DNA of 43,206 bases from a virus (IMGVR_UViG_3300017700_000697:1-43206); one strand, 5' to 3'; positions 27,647 through 36,589 are shown, counted from the stretch's first letter. Made by a program: numbers and translations. Notes: generated by a model from the sequence alone, not told the origin.

Positions 27647-28052
27647 CGGACGATTGTTCGGTTGGCTTTTCGAAACCTATGTTCAATTGGATTGCATTGG
27701 ATAAATCTATGTCACCGGTAAGATTTACGTTGTCGGTATTTTTACCAAATACGGTGTCTTTGATTTCTTTGTAAGTTGGGAGATCTCTTTCTTCGAGTGC
27801 TTTTGCAAGCATTTCTAATTCCAGAAAGCGATCAAGAGGAAGAGTTTTTTCTTCACCTGTAATCGGATCTTTTCTTTTGAGCTTAAGCCCAAGGTAATGT
27901 TTTAGAATAGTTGACCGGTTTTTTGCCCCTTTTGGACGACCGGCTCCCTCGTAAGTGCCGCCGACATTCAGAAGATTTCCATTTCTACCTACTGTTTTTT
28001 TCGGGATCTCTTCGGGATTGTCTGCCCACTCCGGCTTTTTTTCCTCTTCCAT
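27636..28052 (-). CDS. terS: Terminase small subunit
   Basis: GRPKGAKN motif, YKEIKDTVFGK, upstream of and overlapping terL. Confidence 0.82.
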   Translation of the reverse strand: MEEEKKPEWADNPEEIPKKTVGRNGNLLNVGGTYEGAGRPKGAKNRSTILKHYLGLKLKRKDPITGEEKTLPLDRFLELEMLAKALEERDLPTYKEIKDTVFGKNTDNVNLTGDIDLSNAIQLNIGFEKPTEQSSDGN

Positions 28053-28129
28053 AACCCAACTAAGCACCCCCTAAAACCCCCTTTGTCAACTAAAAAATAC
28101 CAGAAGGGAAATCAGCCAAACTCTGCCAA

Positions 28130-28510
28130 AAACCGTAAGTCACCAAGTCACTGTAACCAAAACGGATTTTGAAAACTTTTTACTAAAGCAAAAAATCCAT
28201 ATTCTAACTCACTCCTGGAGTAAGATTTTTTTTTTGGTTTAATATAGTCTTTTTTATAATATTAATGGTGACTTAGTTACTTATATATAAATTAAAGAGA
28301 AAAAAGGGCATAACCCTGGTATATTGCATTTATAAGCCAATCTAAAGTCACCAACAAGTCACAAAACCGTCACCAAAAGTGTCACCAAAACGGTAAAAAA
28401 GCCGATTTTTTAAAATATCCGCCTTGAGTTAGAAATAAAAAAAAGTGTAGAAAAATACTCCATAGGGGTAAAATAGGACTTACGTAAAAGGCTGCAAATT
28501 TGGTGACACG
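28130..28510. repeat. AT-rich intergenic region with ~8 direct/inverted GTCAC(CAA) repeats; candidate replication origin
   Basis: Copies near 28137, 28145, 28345, 28356, 28369, 28381 (+) and 28267, 28499 (-), around long A/T tracts. Confidence 0.6.
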
Positions 28511-28520
28511 AGGGGAAAAT

Positions 28521-28970
28521 ATGAGGGTAGAAGACAGGCAAAGATTGATAGAACATGAGGCAAAAAAGAAAGCGAAATTGGATGAAATGAATGCAAAATC
28601 CCGTAAGCTTCATGAAAAAATATTGGCAATAGAAGAAATGGAGAAAAACAAACGTAAGGAAAAAAAATTCGAAAGATTCCTTGGATACACATACGACCCT
28701 TCTCGTAAACGATACCGGGTGCAATTTACGTTTGCCGGCAAAAAATATCGGATTGGATCTTATGAAACTCACTGGGAGGCTCGTGCAGTTTATTTAGAGG
28801 AGCGTGGAAGACTGGAGGAAGATGCAAGGAAGGCTCATGAGGAATATGAGAAAGAACTTGAAGAAAGAGCGATAAGGATCAAAGCAGAATCAAAAGCAAA
28901 AAAAGAGGCAGAAGACGACGAAATTTATGTTCCAGAAGATTTCGAAGATTATGAGGAAGCTGTGTCTTAG
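28521..28970 (+). CDS. AP2-domain DNA-binding protein with flanking coiled coils
   Basis: GYTYDPSRKRYRVQFTFAGKKYRIGSYETHWEARAVY; GAGGGG SD; only credible plus-strand gene. Confidence 0.75.
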   Translation: MRVEDRQRLIEHEAKKKAKLDEMNAKSRKLHEKILAIEEMEKNKRKEKKFERFLGYTYDPSRKRYRVQFTFAGKKYRIGSYETHWEARAVYLEERGRLEEDARKAHEEYEKELEERAIRIKAESKAKKEAEDDEIYVPEDFEDYEEAVS

Positions 28971-29158
28971 CCAACCTCTTTCTGTTTAACTAGATTATGC
29001 AGCTTCACAAGCCCCGACAGATTGTTCCTCTCCATCACCTTAGACACAAATGATTTGCTTTGCCCAAGTGCCAAGGAAAGGGCTTTTGCTCCTCCGTGGG
29101 TTTGAATGGCTTGGTCGATGTGAGATCGAAGTTGGGTTTTGAATTGGGTGGGGGTCAT
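28967..29158 (-). CDS. Small Cro-like HTH protein
   Basis: GGAKALSLALGQSKSFVSKVM helix-turn-helix pattern. Confidence 0.65.
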   Translation of the reverse strand: MTPTQFKTQLRSHIDQAIQTHGGAKALSLALGQSKSFVSKVMERNNLSGLVKLHNLVKQKEVG

Positions 29159-29322
29159 GTTATTTCTTCCTTAAAATAATAACTTACGGGAAAAGTAGAT
29201 GGGGAGTTTTTTAATTTTACACCCCATCTTTCGCAAAATCGGAAAACTTCCTCATTGACAACTATCCCCTCACCGTGAGGGGTTTTAACCGATGAACCTA
29301 TTTTAATTTTCTGACCATTCAT
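29155..29322 (-). CDS. Small SH3/KOW-like hypothetical protein (MNGQKIKIGSSVKTPHGEGIV...)
   Basis: ORF in small unit; start at ATG 29322. Confidence 0.6.
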   Translation of the reverse strand: MNGQKIKIGSSVKTPHGEGIVVNEEVFRFCERWGVKLKNSPSTFPVSYYFKEEIT

Positions 29323-29551
29323 AATCTTTTTGCGCTTTTTCAATTGCCATTTCTTCAGAAAAACCATTGTCCATCCAATACCATTTTCTTTCTCTGAGGT
29401 ATGCCATTTTTTTATATTCCGGAGTCGTAAAACCTTGCATTGCAAACTTCATTGTTTTTTTTGCTTCTTGCGTAATATCTTCACAAATTGCAATTCCTGG
29501 CATGAGTTGTTTTTCACCGATTTGGATTGTGTTGTTCGCTGTTGTTGTCAT
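29303..29551 (-). CDS. Hypothetical protein, probably leaderless
   Basis: ATG 6 nt after a -10 box; no SD. Confidence 0.7.
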   Translation of the reverse strand: MTTTANNTIQIGEKQLMPGIAICEDITQEAKKTMKFAMQGFTTPEYKKMAYLRERKWYWMDNGFSEEMAIEKAQKDYEWSEN

Positions 29552-29585
29552 ACAAACAATCTAACTCGATCGACAAATACGTCAA
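29552..29585 (-). promoter_or_regulatory. Sigma70-like promoter, leaderless geometry
   Basis: TTGACG(29585-29580)-16 bp-TAGATT(29563-29558)-6 nt-ATG. Confidence 0.65.
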
Positions 29586-29607
29586 CCACTTTTTAATAAA
29601 ATTATGC

Positions 29608-29652
29608 AAAAAAAAAGTAAAAAAATCCCCTGAGGAAATCCCCCAGGGGTTT
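29608..29652 (-). terminator. Rho-independent terminator after primase-helicase
   Basis: CCCCTGGGG-GATTT-CCTCAGGGG stem-loop followed by ATTTTTTTACTTTTTTTTT. Confidence 0.85.
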
Positions 29653-29685
29653 GGAGAGTGGTGGAAACTAGGTTAGGAATGGATA

Positions 29686-32262
29686 TCAAGTAATACTCAG
29701 GAAATAATCCGACTTCGTGCCGTCCAAATCCCGCTTCCAGACTCGGATCTTCTCCACGGTTTTTTCAGGGAAATATTCCTTGTAAAAGTTCTGAGTGGAT
29801 TTGCGAAACTTCGAAAGGCTCATAGGCTTCACTTCGTCTTTTTCGAAAAACTCTCTGTAATATTCATAATGCTTTCTAGGGTTGACTACAATCACTTTTT
29901 CTTTGTTCTGCTTTTCATATACCTGGATCACGTCCAGTTTTTCCGTGTCCATGAAATCGGAAGGCTTGGCAATCGTTCGCATGATCACCTGCTCTCTGGT
30001 GTCCTGGTATTTCTCCATGGCCTCTTTGATTTTGTCTTCCCAGAGTGTGAAAGTATTTTGCCAGTATAGGAAAGCCGAGTTCTTTTCCTTCATCTCGGTC
30101 ATGGCGCCGAGTTCGGTTTCTGTTTTGACAAACCCGTCTTTTTCGAAAAGGTTCCTGCCCTCCGTAAGGATGTAGTTCACGATTCCAGAAAGTTCTGGTT
30201 TGAGGCGCGTCTCGAAAAACTCAGACACTTCCTTTTCTTTCGTGATTTGTTTGAATAGGAAGATTTTGAACCGTCGGAAATATCCGCGCGACGTGTCGGA
30301 AATATTCGGAAAATGGTTGGAAGGAATGACCCAAAGCGCACGGGAAACAAACGTAAAAAGCCCTTTGTATTTTGGATCCCCGGTAAGGACCGAGTTCCCG
30401 GAAATCCTTTTGAACATCGCATCTGGTATTACGTAGCTTGCGGGAACCTCGTCGGCAATATTCAGGTATTTGTTAAAAAGTTCCGCAGTGTAGTGCGTTT
30501 TTTCTATGGTCTCAATGGCAAGAGCCGACGTTCGTTTCTCTCCAATGAGTGACCGACACAAATGAGTGAACTGGGATTTCCCGTCGTTTCCGTCGCCTTG
30601 GAGCCAAAAGATCACGTCCTTGGATCTGTCACCAGATATTAAATAGAACAAACCTTTCAGAAGCTCCTTCGCATCCTCTTCTTTGTGCGTCCAGTCTCGG
30701 AGAGCCTTTTTTAGATTTGGGCAATCTTGGGTTCCGTCAAACGTGATGGGAAGTTTGTAGTTCAATAGGAACTTCGGACTGTGGGGAACGAGTTCGCGAG
30801 ATTTCAGGACGTAAGTCCCGTTCTCGAAATTGATGTATTTTTTGTGATTGTCGAAATTTGTTTCGGGTGCTGACAAGAGTCTGGTTTCTATGTCCTCCAA
30901 GACTTGCTTACGTGCCTTGGAAAGATCGGTTCTATTGTCTGGAGCCGTAACTTTTCTAGCGATTGCATCTGCGTGAGACGTAAGGAAATCATCACTAATG
31001 TATTGATAGTATCCTTCGGCATAGTAATAATACAGAGCCTCGGACATATCCGAGTGACGGATAGATTGGCGGACGTGGAAGGTGTCAAACCAGTCATTGA
31101 TCAGTTGATCGAAGGCAGCGTAGCGAAGCGTATTCAATTCCTGTTCATAGGTTCTAATCTGGTTTTTGAAAAGTCCGGGTGCAAGTTCCTTGGAATATCC
31201 TTCGGACTCTGCGATGTCTGAGAGGATGGCCTGCCTTTTGGCTTCTGGAAGTAGGAGAGTCTTCCAGATTTTTCCAAGCGTAGATGGTTCCAGAGTCGAG
31301 TTCGGGTTGTGAGGTCTGCCGAATGGTTCCGGGATCCTTTCGAGTTCAACCTCGTCTTGGCTTAAAGCGTCCTCGTATTCTGGGGTTGCCTCGACTTCCT
31401 CTTTCAGCCGGTCTTTCGTCCCACCGTTGGCGAAAAAGTCGTCAATGTCCTCGCCACCGACAAGCCCCAGGCGCTCGAGATCCACGACTTTGATCGACTT
31501 GGTTTTGACCCGTCTTTGGATGGCCTTGGCAAGTCCTTTGGATCCTGCACGACCCGCTTTGTCGTTGTCGAAAAGAATGATGACCTTTTTATTCGAGAAA
31601 ATGTCATAGGCTTCTTTCGGGAGTTTGCCTGCGGTTCCTTCCCCATCGACTGGGGAGATCCCGTGGATGCCTACGTGCTCCCAGAATGCAAACATATCCC
31701 ACTCACCAGCGAGGACAAAAATATACTCGTCGGCTGGTTTGATCCGTTCTGCATTCAGCCATACCCGGTCATTTCGGAACTTACCTGGGACGGAGATCCA
31801 AGTAGGCTTTTGATCCTTCCCTCCAAAATTTAGGTGTTTCACGCATCCAAGAGTTGCATTATCTGGGATCGATATGTTATGGTAGAACCCGACACTATTC
31901 TTTTTTTGGAAAGGTAGCGACTGAAGCGAAAACTCGTCTATGACCCTTTTAGAAAGCCTGTGGCGTTTGTTTGTTTTGTTATGGTAGAATAGAACAAGGG
32001 AATCGATGGATGAGAGATCCGAGAACTCCCGAGTTTTTCGGTCTGTCCGATATCCAAGATCGAACACGGATTTCAGTTTATGGTCACAGGCAAAACAACC
32101 ACCGTTGTGTGGCATCTTGTCGAACCACCAGAACTTTTTCTTGGCCCCGCATGATGGACAGGTTGTGAGGAACCGGTCTGTCCCGTGTTGGCGTTCGGAA
32201 CCAGGGAAATGATCCATCATGTATCGATATGCGTTCTCGTCGTGTGTAACTCTGTCTTCCAT
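29686..32262 (-). CDS. Primase-helicase (Zn finger + TOPRIM + D5/P4-type SF3 helicase)
   Basis: CPSC/CFAC, AGEWD, FDNDKAG, EDIDD, INFENG, GDGNDGKS, IADE, SNHFP, GYFRR. Confidence 0.94.
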   Translation of the reverse strand: MEDRVTHDENAYRYMMDHFPGSERQHGTDRFLTTCPSCGAKKKFWWFDKMPHNGGCFACDHKLKSVFDLGYRTDRKTREFSDLSSIDSLVLFYHNKTNKRHRLSKRVIDEFSLQSLPFQKKNSVGFYHNISIPDNATLGCVKHLNFGGKDQKPTWISVPGKFRNDRVWLNAERIKPADEYIFVLAGEWDMFAFWEHVGIHGISPVDGEGTAGKLPKEAYDIFSNKKVIILFDNDKAGRAGSKGLAKAIQRRVKTKSIKVVDLERLGLVGGEDIDDFFANGGTKDRLKEEVEATPEYEDALSQDEVELERIPEPFGRPHNPNSTLEPSTLGKIWKTLLLPEAKRQAILSDIAESEGYSKELAPGLFKNQIRTYEQELNTLRYAAFDQLINDWFDTFHVRQSIRHSDMSEALYYYYAEGYYQYISDDFLTSHADAIARKVTAPDNRTDLSKARKQVLEDIETRLLSAPETNFDNHKKYINFENGTYVLKSRELVPHSPKFLLNYKLPITFDGTQDCPNLKKALRDWTHKEEDAKELLKGLFYLISGDRSKDVIFWLQGDGNDGKSQFTHLCRSLIGEKRTSALAIETIEKTHYTAELFNKYLNIADEVPASYVIPDAMFKRISGNSVLTGDPKYKGLFTFVSRALWVIPSNHFPNISDTSRGYFRRFKIFLFKQITKEKEVSEFFETRLKPELSGIVNYILTEGRNLFEKDGFVKTETELGAMTEMKEKNSAFLYWQNTFTLWEDKIKEAMEKYQDTREQVIMRTIAKPSDFMDTEKLDVIQVYEKQNKEKVIVVNPRKHYEYYREFFEKDEVKPMSLSKFRKSTQNFYKEYFPEKTVEKIRVWKRDLDGTKSDYFLSIT

Positions 32263-32263
32263 A

Positions 32264-33874
32264 TTATCCTTTTAAGTGTTTCACGAGGTTTTCGAATCCC
32301 TCTTCTTTATTTTTTATTGTATCGATGATAGCATCTTCCACGGTTTCTTTTCCGTTCGGCAAGGTGGACTTAAACCTCACCATTCGCATAGATTGTTTTT
32401 GACCCGACCTTTGAATCCTTCCGATGATCTGCTGATCCGTGTCATACGAGTATCCGTAGGAATATCGAATCATAAGCGAACAGTGATTTTGTAATCCGTC
32501 GATACCCACGCCACCGGAATCCTCTTGGATGATTAGGACATCCAGCTTGTTATTTGAAAACAAGTCGATGGATTTGTTCCTGGCCTCGTCTTTTATTTTG
32601 CCGGAAATTTCACCATAAGAGTAATTTTTTTCTTTTAGTAGTTTCCCTATAAGTTGGATTTCCTGGGAATACGAGGCCGTTATGATGACAGGCTCGTCGA
32701 TTCCTTCGAGGAAGTCGGCAAGGGCTTCGATTTTGTCCTGGTTGAAAACGAGCGTCTGTTTTTGCTCGGTGTCGTTTACGAAGCCGGAACAGAGTTGGCG
32801 AAGTTTTGTGATCTTCGCAATCGCAATCGCTGCGACAATTTTATTTCGGTTGTAATTGTTTACCTCAATCATCGCATCGTCTTTCATCGCTTTGTAATGT
32901 GCCAGAGCCTCGCCGGAAAGTTCGATTTCTAAGATTTGTTCTGTGAGTTCTGGTAATTTCAAAACGTCTTGGGTGACGATGTAAGACAGCTCTTTGATCT
33001 TGTCCCAGAATTCCTTCCGAAGTGATTCGTTAAAAGTGTAATTGAAACCCATGTAGTCAGAGGTAAAGTATTTCTTTCGAAACGCATAGAACGAGGCTCC
33101 GAATCTTTGACCACGATCAAGGAAAGTAATGAGTCCATAAAGATTCTCGTCCTTGGATCTGCGAGGTGTTCCTGTAAGGATATTTTTGTTCTCTATATTT
33201 GCAGAGAGTGCCATGGCGTTTTTGTAAGTCTTCGTCTTTGTGTTTGCAAAAAACTTGTGAGCTTCGTCGGCTGCAATAAATGAGAATCCCTTGTTTATGA
33301 GTGCCGCCAAGATTCGTTCGTTTAGAAGCGTCTCATAGTTCGTGATGTAAAAATATCTATCGTATGACAGGCGTTGCAATTTCTCGTCGGTCGTGCCTGT
33401 GAGATTTATGTATGTAGCTTTCGGGCCAAGATAATTTAGAATCGCTTTGTTCCAAGAAGTGAAAACGGACTTCGGGCAAAGGATGAGAGCCTTGTCTTCT
33501 ACTCTGACTTTGTGACGAACGAGTTCCAGATACGAGTAGGTTTTCCCTGTTCCAATTGCCGCCCAAAGGTTCGAGTAAGGGAGGTCTCCGAATCTAAGGA
33601 CATATTCTTTTTGGTGCGGGAATAGCATCTCACGGATGTCAGTCGGATCAATTTTTCTTCGTGCGGGCTTCGACTGCAAAAGATCCCGGTGATACCTTGC
33701 CTCGTTTATTTTTTCGAGAAGTGCCGAATATGCGAAACCGTTCTTTGTGCAAAAGGATTGCCAATAGGTCTCTGGGATCTCCCATACTTTCTTGCCTTTA
33801 TATTTGCCAAATCCGACAGGATCGCATAACGACGCACCCTGTGCCTTTGTGAGTTCTAGGAAGTTAGAGAGCAT
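32264..33874 (-). CDS. SNF2-family helicase
   Basis: GTGKT, ITNYE, DEAH, LTGTP, KLRQLCSG, QIIGRIQRSGQ. Confidence 0.93.
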   Translation of the reverse strand: MLSNFLELTKAQGASLCDPVGFGKYKGKKVWEIPETYWQSFCTKNGFAYSALLEKINEARYHRDLLQSKPARRKIDPTDIREMLFPHQKEYVLRFGDLPYSNLWAAIGTGKTYSYLELVRHKVRVEDKALILCPKSVFTSWNKAILNYLGPKATYINLTGTTDEKLQRLSYDRYFYITNYETLLNERILAALINKGFSFIAADEAHKFFANTKTKTYKNAMALSANIENKNILTGTPRRSKDENLYGLITFLDRGQRFGASFYAFRKKYFTSDYMGFNYTFNESLRKEFWDKIKELSYIVTQDVLKLPELTEQILEIELSGEALAHYKAMKDDAMIEVNNYNRNKIVAAIAIAKITKLRQLCSGFVNDTEQKQTLVFNQDKIEALADFLEGIDEPVIITASYSQEIQLIGKLLKEKNYSYGEISGKIKDEARNKSIDLFSNNKLDVLIIQEDSGGVGIDGLQNHCSLMIRYSYGYSYDTDQQIIGRIQRSGQKQSMRMVRFKSTLPNGKETVEDAIIDTIKNKEEGFENLVKHLKG

Positions 33875-34184
33875 TGAGTTTGTCTACGATCGACTGGACT
33901 TCTGTGGCGAATCCCCAAATAGATTTCTCATGCCTAACATAAGAAAATTGCTTTGCTTTGGGGTCATAATAAAGAACAAAAGACGATGCGTAGTATTCAT
34001 CCAAAAATTCCCCTTGCAATTTTGATAATTTGTCTGGTAAAATTTTAATCTCTACAAAAACAGGGATTCCTTTGATTGGTAAAACAATATCCGGTATTCC
34101 TCCCCTGTTAGCTGGATGCGCATTTAGCACCGTGACCTTGTAGCCTAGCTTACGAATTTTAGCGACGATCTTTGCTTGGGTCAT
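33864..34184 (-). CDS. VRR-NUC / Holliday-junction resolvase-like nuclease
   Basis: GIPDI...FVEIK...LSKLQ PD-(D/E)xK signature. Confidence 0.88.
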   Translation of the reverse strand: MTQAKIVAKIRKLGYKVTVLNAHPANRGGIPDIVLPIKGIPVFVEIKILPDKLSKLQGEFLDEYYASSFVLYYDPKAKQFSYVRHEKSIWGFATEVQSIVDKLNAL

Positions 34185-34185
34185 T

Positions 34186-34410
34186 TTAGTTGCCACGTTT
34201 TTCACCAAGTCCTTTGACGGTTGAACCAGTCACGTTCGTTTCTGGATATCTAATCTCTAACGCCCGTCGCCTTTCTGCCATATATAAAGCATGTTCTTTT
34301 TTGTATTCTGCCATTTCTTGCCCTAGCATCCAAAAGACCGAAATAAAACACACAGCGAAAAAAATCCCTAAAATAATTATTATTGCTAAAATCATTGTTT
34401 TGAATCCCAT
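34186..34410 (-). CDS. Small single-TM membrane protein
   Basis: Long hydrophobic N-terminus. Confidence 0.65.
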   Translation of the reverse strand: MGFKTMILAIIIILGIFFAVCFISVFWMLGQEMAEYKKEHALYMAERRRALEIRYPETNVTGSTVKGLGEKRGN

Positions 34411-34676
34411 TTATATAGTGCTTTTGAATTAGGGCATCCTTCAGTTGGGCAATAGTAAATACACTCTCCGCCCTTTGTCATCTCCATACAAGTTTCATCG
34501 AATAAGGAATCATCTTCTATGGTATGCAACATTGAATGACCGTCTCCAATATCTGTTAATTTGTGCCGATGCGGAGTTACACCAACCCAAGGGCAACATG
34601 GTTGACCATCTGGATCAAGACAATGGTCACAGCCTTTAGGTGTTATGATATATCCATCTTTACTCCATTCAGCCAT
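34392..34676 (-). CDS. Cys/His-rich hypothetical protein
   Basis: CDHC, CCP, CIYYCPTEGC. Confidence 0.65.
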   Translation of the reverse strand: MAEWSKDGYIITPKGCDHCLDPDGQPCCPWVGVTPHRHKLTDIGDGHSMLHTIEDDSLFDETCMEMTKGGECIYYCPTEGCPNSKALYKWDSKQ

Positions 34677-34920
34677 TGTTTTTAAACCAGTTCATTACTG
34701 TATTTGCTTCATTTCGGAAAGAATCCTCAGATTGTTCAGCCTCCCAATCTTGTCTGAAAGAAATGGTATCACCTACAACCCCAATCTTACTGGATCTAAT
34801 AATGATCTCTAACCTATCCCAAGTATAAAAAACCATTTGGGCTATTGACCTGGGGGCAAATATGTATTCATCGCCACGGTTATTAATAATAAGTTTGTCA
34901 TTTAAAATGTTAGCTTTCAT
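34669..34920 (-). CDS. Hypothetical protein
   Basis: ORF overlapping neighbours. Confidence 0.7.
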   Translation of the reverse strand: MKANILNDKLIINNRGDEYIFAPRSIAQMVFYTWDRLEIIIRSSKIGVVGDTISFRQDWEAEQSEDSFRNEANTVMNWFKNNG

Positions 34921-35060
34921 TTCCCATTCACCTTTCTATCCAATCTCTTTGCTTGCTGTCTCATCCACCAACCGTCCACGGCGTTCTGTATGGGAAGGTA
35001 ATTCCCATACAGAAAGAGGACGACTGCAATCACGATGCAACCTATCCCTAGGAAAATCAT
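34917..35060 (-). CDS. Small membrane protein (47 aa, MIFLGIGCIVIAVVLFLYG...)
   Basis: Hand-translated; fills gap exactly with ATGA overlap. Confidence 0.65.
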   Translation of the reverse strand: MIFLGIGCIVIAVVLFLYGNYLPIQNAVDGWWMRQQAKRLDRKVNGK

Positions 35061-35061
35061 G

Positions 35062-35433
35062 TTACCTTTTACCTGCTTCTAGGACTGGAAGCCCTGCTTC
35101 AGTAGGAACATAAATTACATTTGGTTGTTCACTGATTTTTTCGATCCAAAGGTATCTTAGATACGCCTGGTTGTTTTTCAATGAATCCCCAAGAATTTTA
35201 TTTGCTTCGGCAGTTGCTTTCGCTCTTGTGATTTCAGCCTCTCCTAACATTTTCGCAGAATCTAAAACTGCCTGTGCTTCATAAACTTTAATCTTACGAG
35301 ACGATTCGGCTTCTGCAAGTTTCGCTTTTCCTTCTTGTTCCGAGATCATCACTTTGATTGATGGCACAAAACAAGCCATTGCCTGGCAGTTAAAAACCCA
35401 CATGGTCACAAATAGCATAAATATTCTTTTCAT
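35062..35433 (-). CDS. Membrane/lipoprotein with SPFH (band 7)-like C-terminal stalk
   Basis: AEITRAKATAEANKILGDSL, YLRYLWI, VIYVPTEAGLPVLEAG; signal ending VFN-C. Confidence 0.75.
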   Translation of the reverse strand: MKRIFMLFVTMWVFNCQAMACFVPSIKVMISEQEGKAKLAEAESSRKIKVYEAQAVLDSAKMLGEAEITRAKATAEANKILGDSLKNNQAYLRYLWIEKISEQPNVIYVPTEAGLPVLEAGKR

Positions 35434-35443
35434 AAAATCCCCC

Positions 35444-36361
35444 TTACCACGGCCCTTTGTCTTCTTTCGAAGCTAGCGGGTCAGCTACTTCCTTACCTTT
35501 GAACGTATCCTTGATGTCATCTTCAACCGAATACGCTGGCACTGTCACGTCCGCCTCGGCAATCCCAGAACCAAATCCACTTCTCTCTGCGTTCTGAACA
35601 GCACCCTTGTGAGTGTCGATGATTGCGTTCAGGAGACCTAAGCCGTTTTTTGACTCACGGTAAGCATCGGGTGATTTGAACTTTGGAATCGGTAATTCAT
35701 TTTCGTCTTTACGTAAAGCAAAGTCGATTCTTTCGTATTCCTGTTCTGACTTAGAAACCGCATCGGAAAAGAAAATCTCTGTTTCAAAAAATGGGAGCGG
35801 AATCGCACCATAAGTTTTGATCGCTTTTCGAAGTGAGTTAAAAGATTTGATTGTTGTCACAGAAAAAGACGCTGCAACCAGATTCAAACCAGTGTTGTAT
35901 TCTTTACCTGGTAACATCATCACCAAATACAGACGAGTAAGTTTTCCTTTCAAATCAGCATACTCTTTTGTTAGATACTTTCCGTATCCGTTCAACTCAA
36001 AGTTTCCTTTGGAGTTTGCAGGATCGTAAGTCACTGCAAGGATTTCGTTTTCTTCGTCTGTGAAATCTGCCTCTGATTTATCTGGGCTGCCAACGTGACC
36101 TTTTTTCAAGCGAACGACTTCGTGACCGTAATAAATTACGGCTCCTTCAATCTTCGCACCTTCCCAAACTACCTTGTCCGTTTCGTTGTCCACGATTTGG
36201 AACTTGGCTTTCATGGATGGTCTAGACAAAAAGTATCTGTAGCTTTTTAGATACGATTCCTGAACTGGAGCCATCCCACCGTTCGCTTCCTCTTCCGTAA
36301 ACCCCTGCCATTCCTTCGGAATAGCCATTGCTGTTGTGTTAGTTGTTGTTAAACCTGTCAT
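35444..36361 (-). CDS. Putative ssDNA-binding / annealing protein
   Basis: 305 aa in replication module; acidic tail ending EDKGPW; family not recognised. Confidence 0.45.
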   Translation of the reverse strand: MTGLTTTNTTAMAIPKEWQGFTEEEANGGMAPVQESYLKSYRYFLSRPSMKAKFQIVDNETDKVVWEGAKIEGAVIYYGHEVVRLKKGHVGSPDKSEADFTDEENEILAVTYDPANSKGNFELNGYGKYLTKEYADLKGKLTRLYLVMMLPGKEYNTGLNLVAASFSVTTIKSFNSLRKAIKTYGAIPLPFFETEIFFSDAVSKSEQEYERIDFALRKDENELPIPKFKSPDAYRESKNGLGLLNAIIDTHKGAVQNAERSGFGSGIAEADVTVPAYSVEDDIKDTFKGKEVADPLASKEDKGPW

Positions 36362-36371
36362 TGTTTTGTCC

Positions 36372-36578
36372 TTATCTCCTATTTGCCTTTCGGCTTGCCT
36401 TTGCCACTTTGTTCCTTTTTCGCTTGTCCCTTACTCCTGGCATACCAGGACATCCTGGATATTTTGCCGAGTTGTTGTTTGGGAAAACTTTGACTTTCAG
36501 CTTATTCAGAAACAGATAGAAGTTCATGTCTCTGTAATACGCCGCAAGTTCACGGTCTTTTCTCGTTCCGATTTTCAT
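36372..36578 (-). CDS. Small basic hypothetical protein
   Basis: AAGGA SD; Arg/Lys-rich C-terminus. Confidence 0.6.
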   Translation of the reverse strand: MKIGTRKDRELAAYYRDMNFYLFLNKLKVKVFPNNNSAKYPGCPGMPGVRDKRKRNKVAKASRKANRR

Positions 36579-36589
36579 CCTTTTACCTT

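Noticed and set aside
28410-28772. Minus-strand Phe-rich ORFs over the AP2 gene
   Set aside because: Antisense of the Lys/Glu-rich plus-strand gene, which has an SD and a recognisable domain
29151-29162. TAACATGACCCC (and ATGACCCCGTC at 855-865) as further copies of R1
   Set aside because: Only 11-12 bp, explained by stop/start junctions plus Met-Thr-Pro starts; flanks do not align
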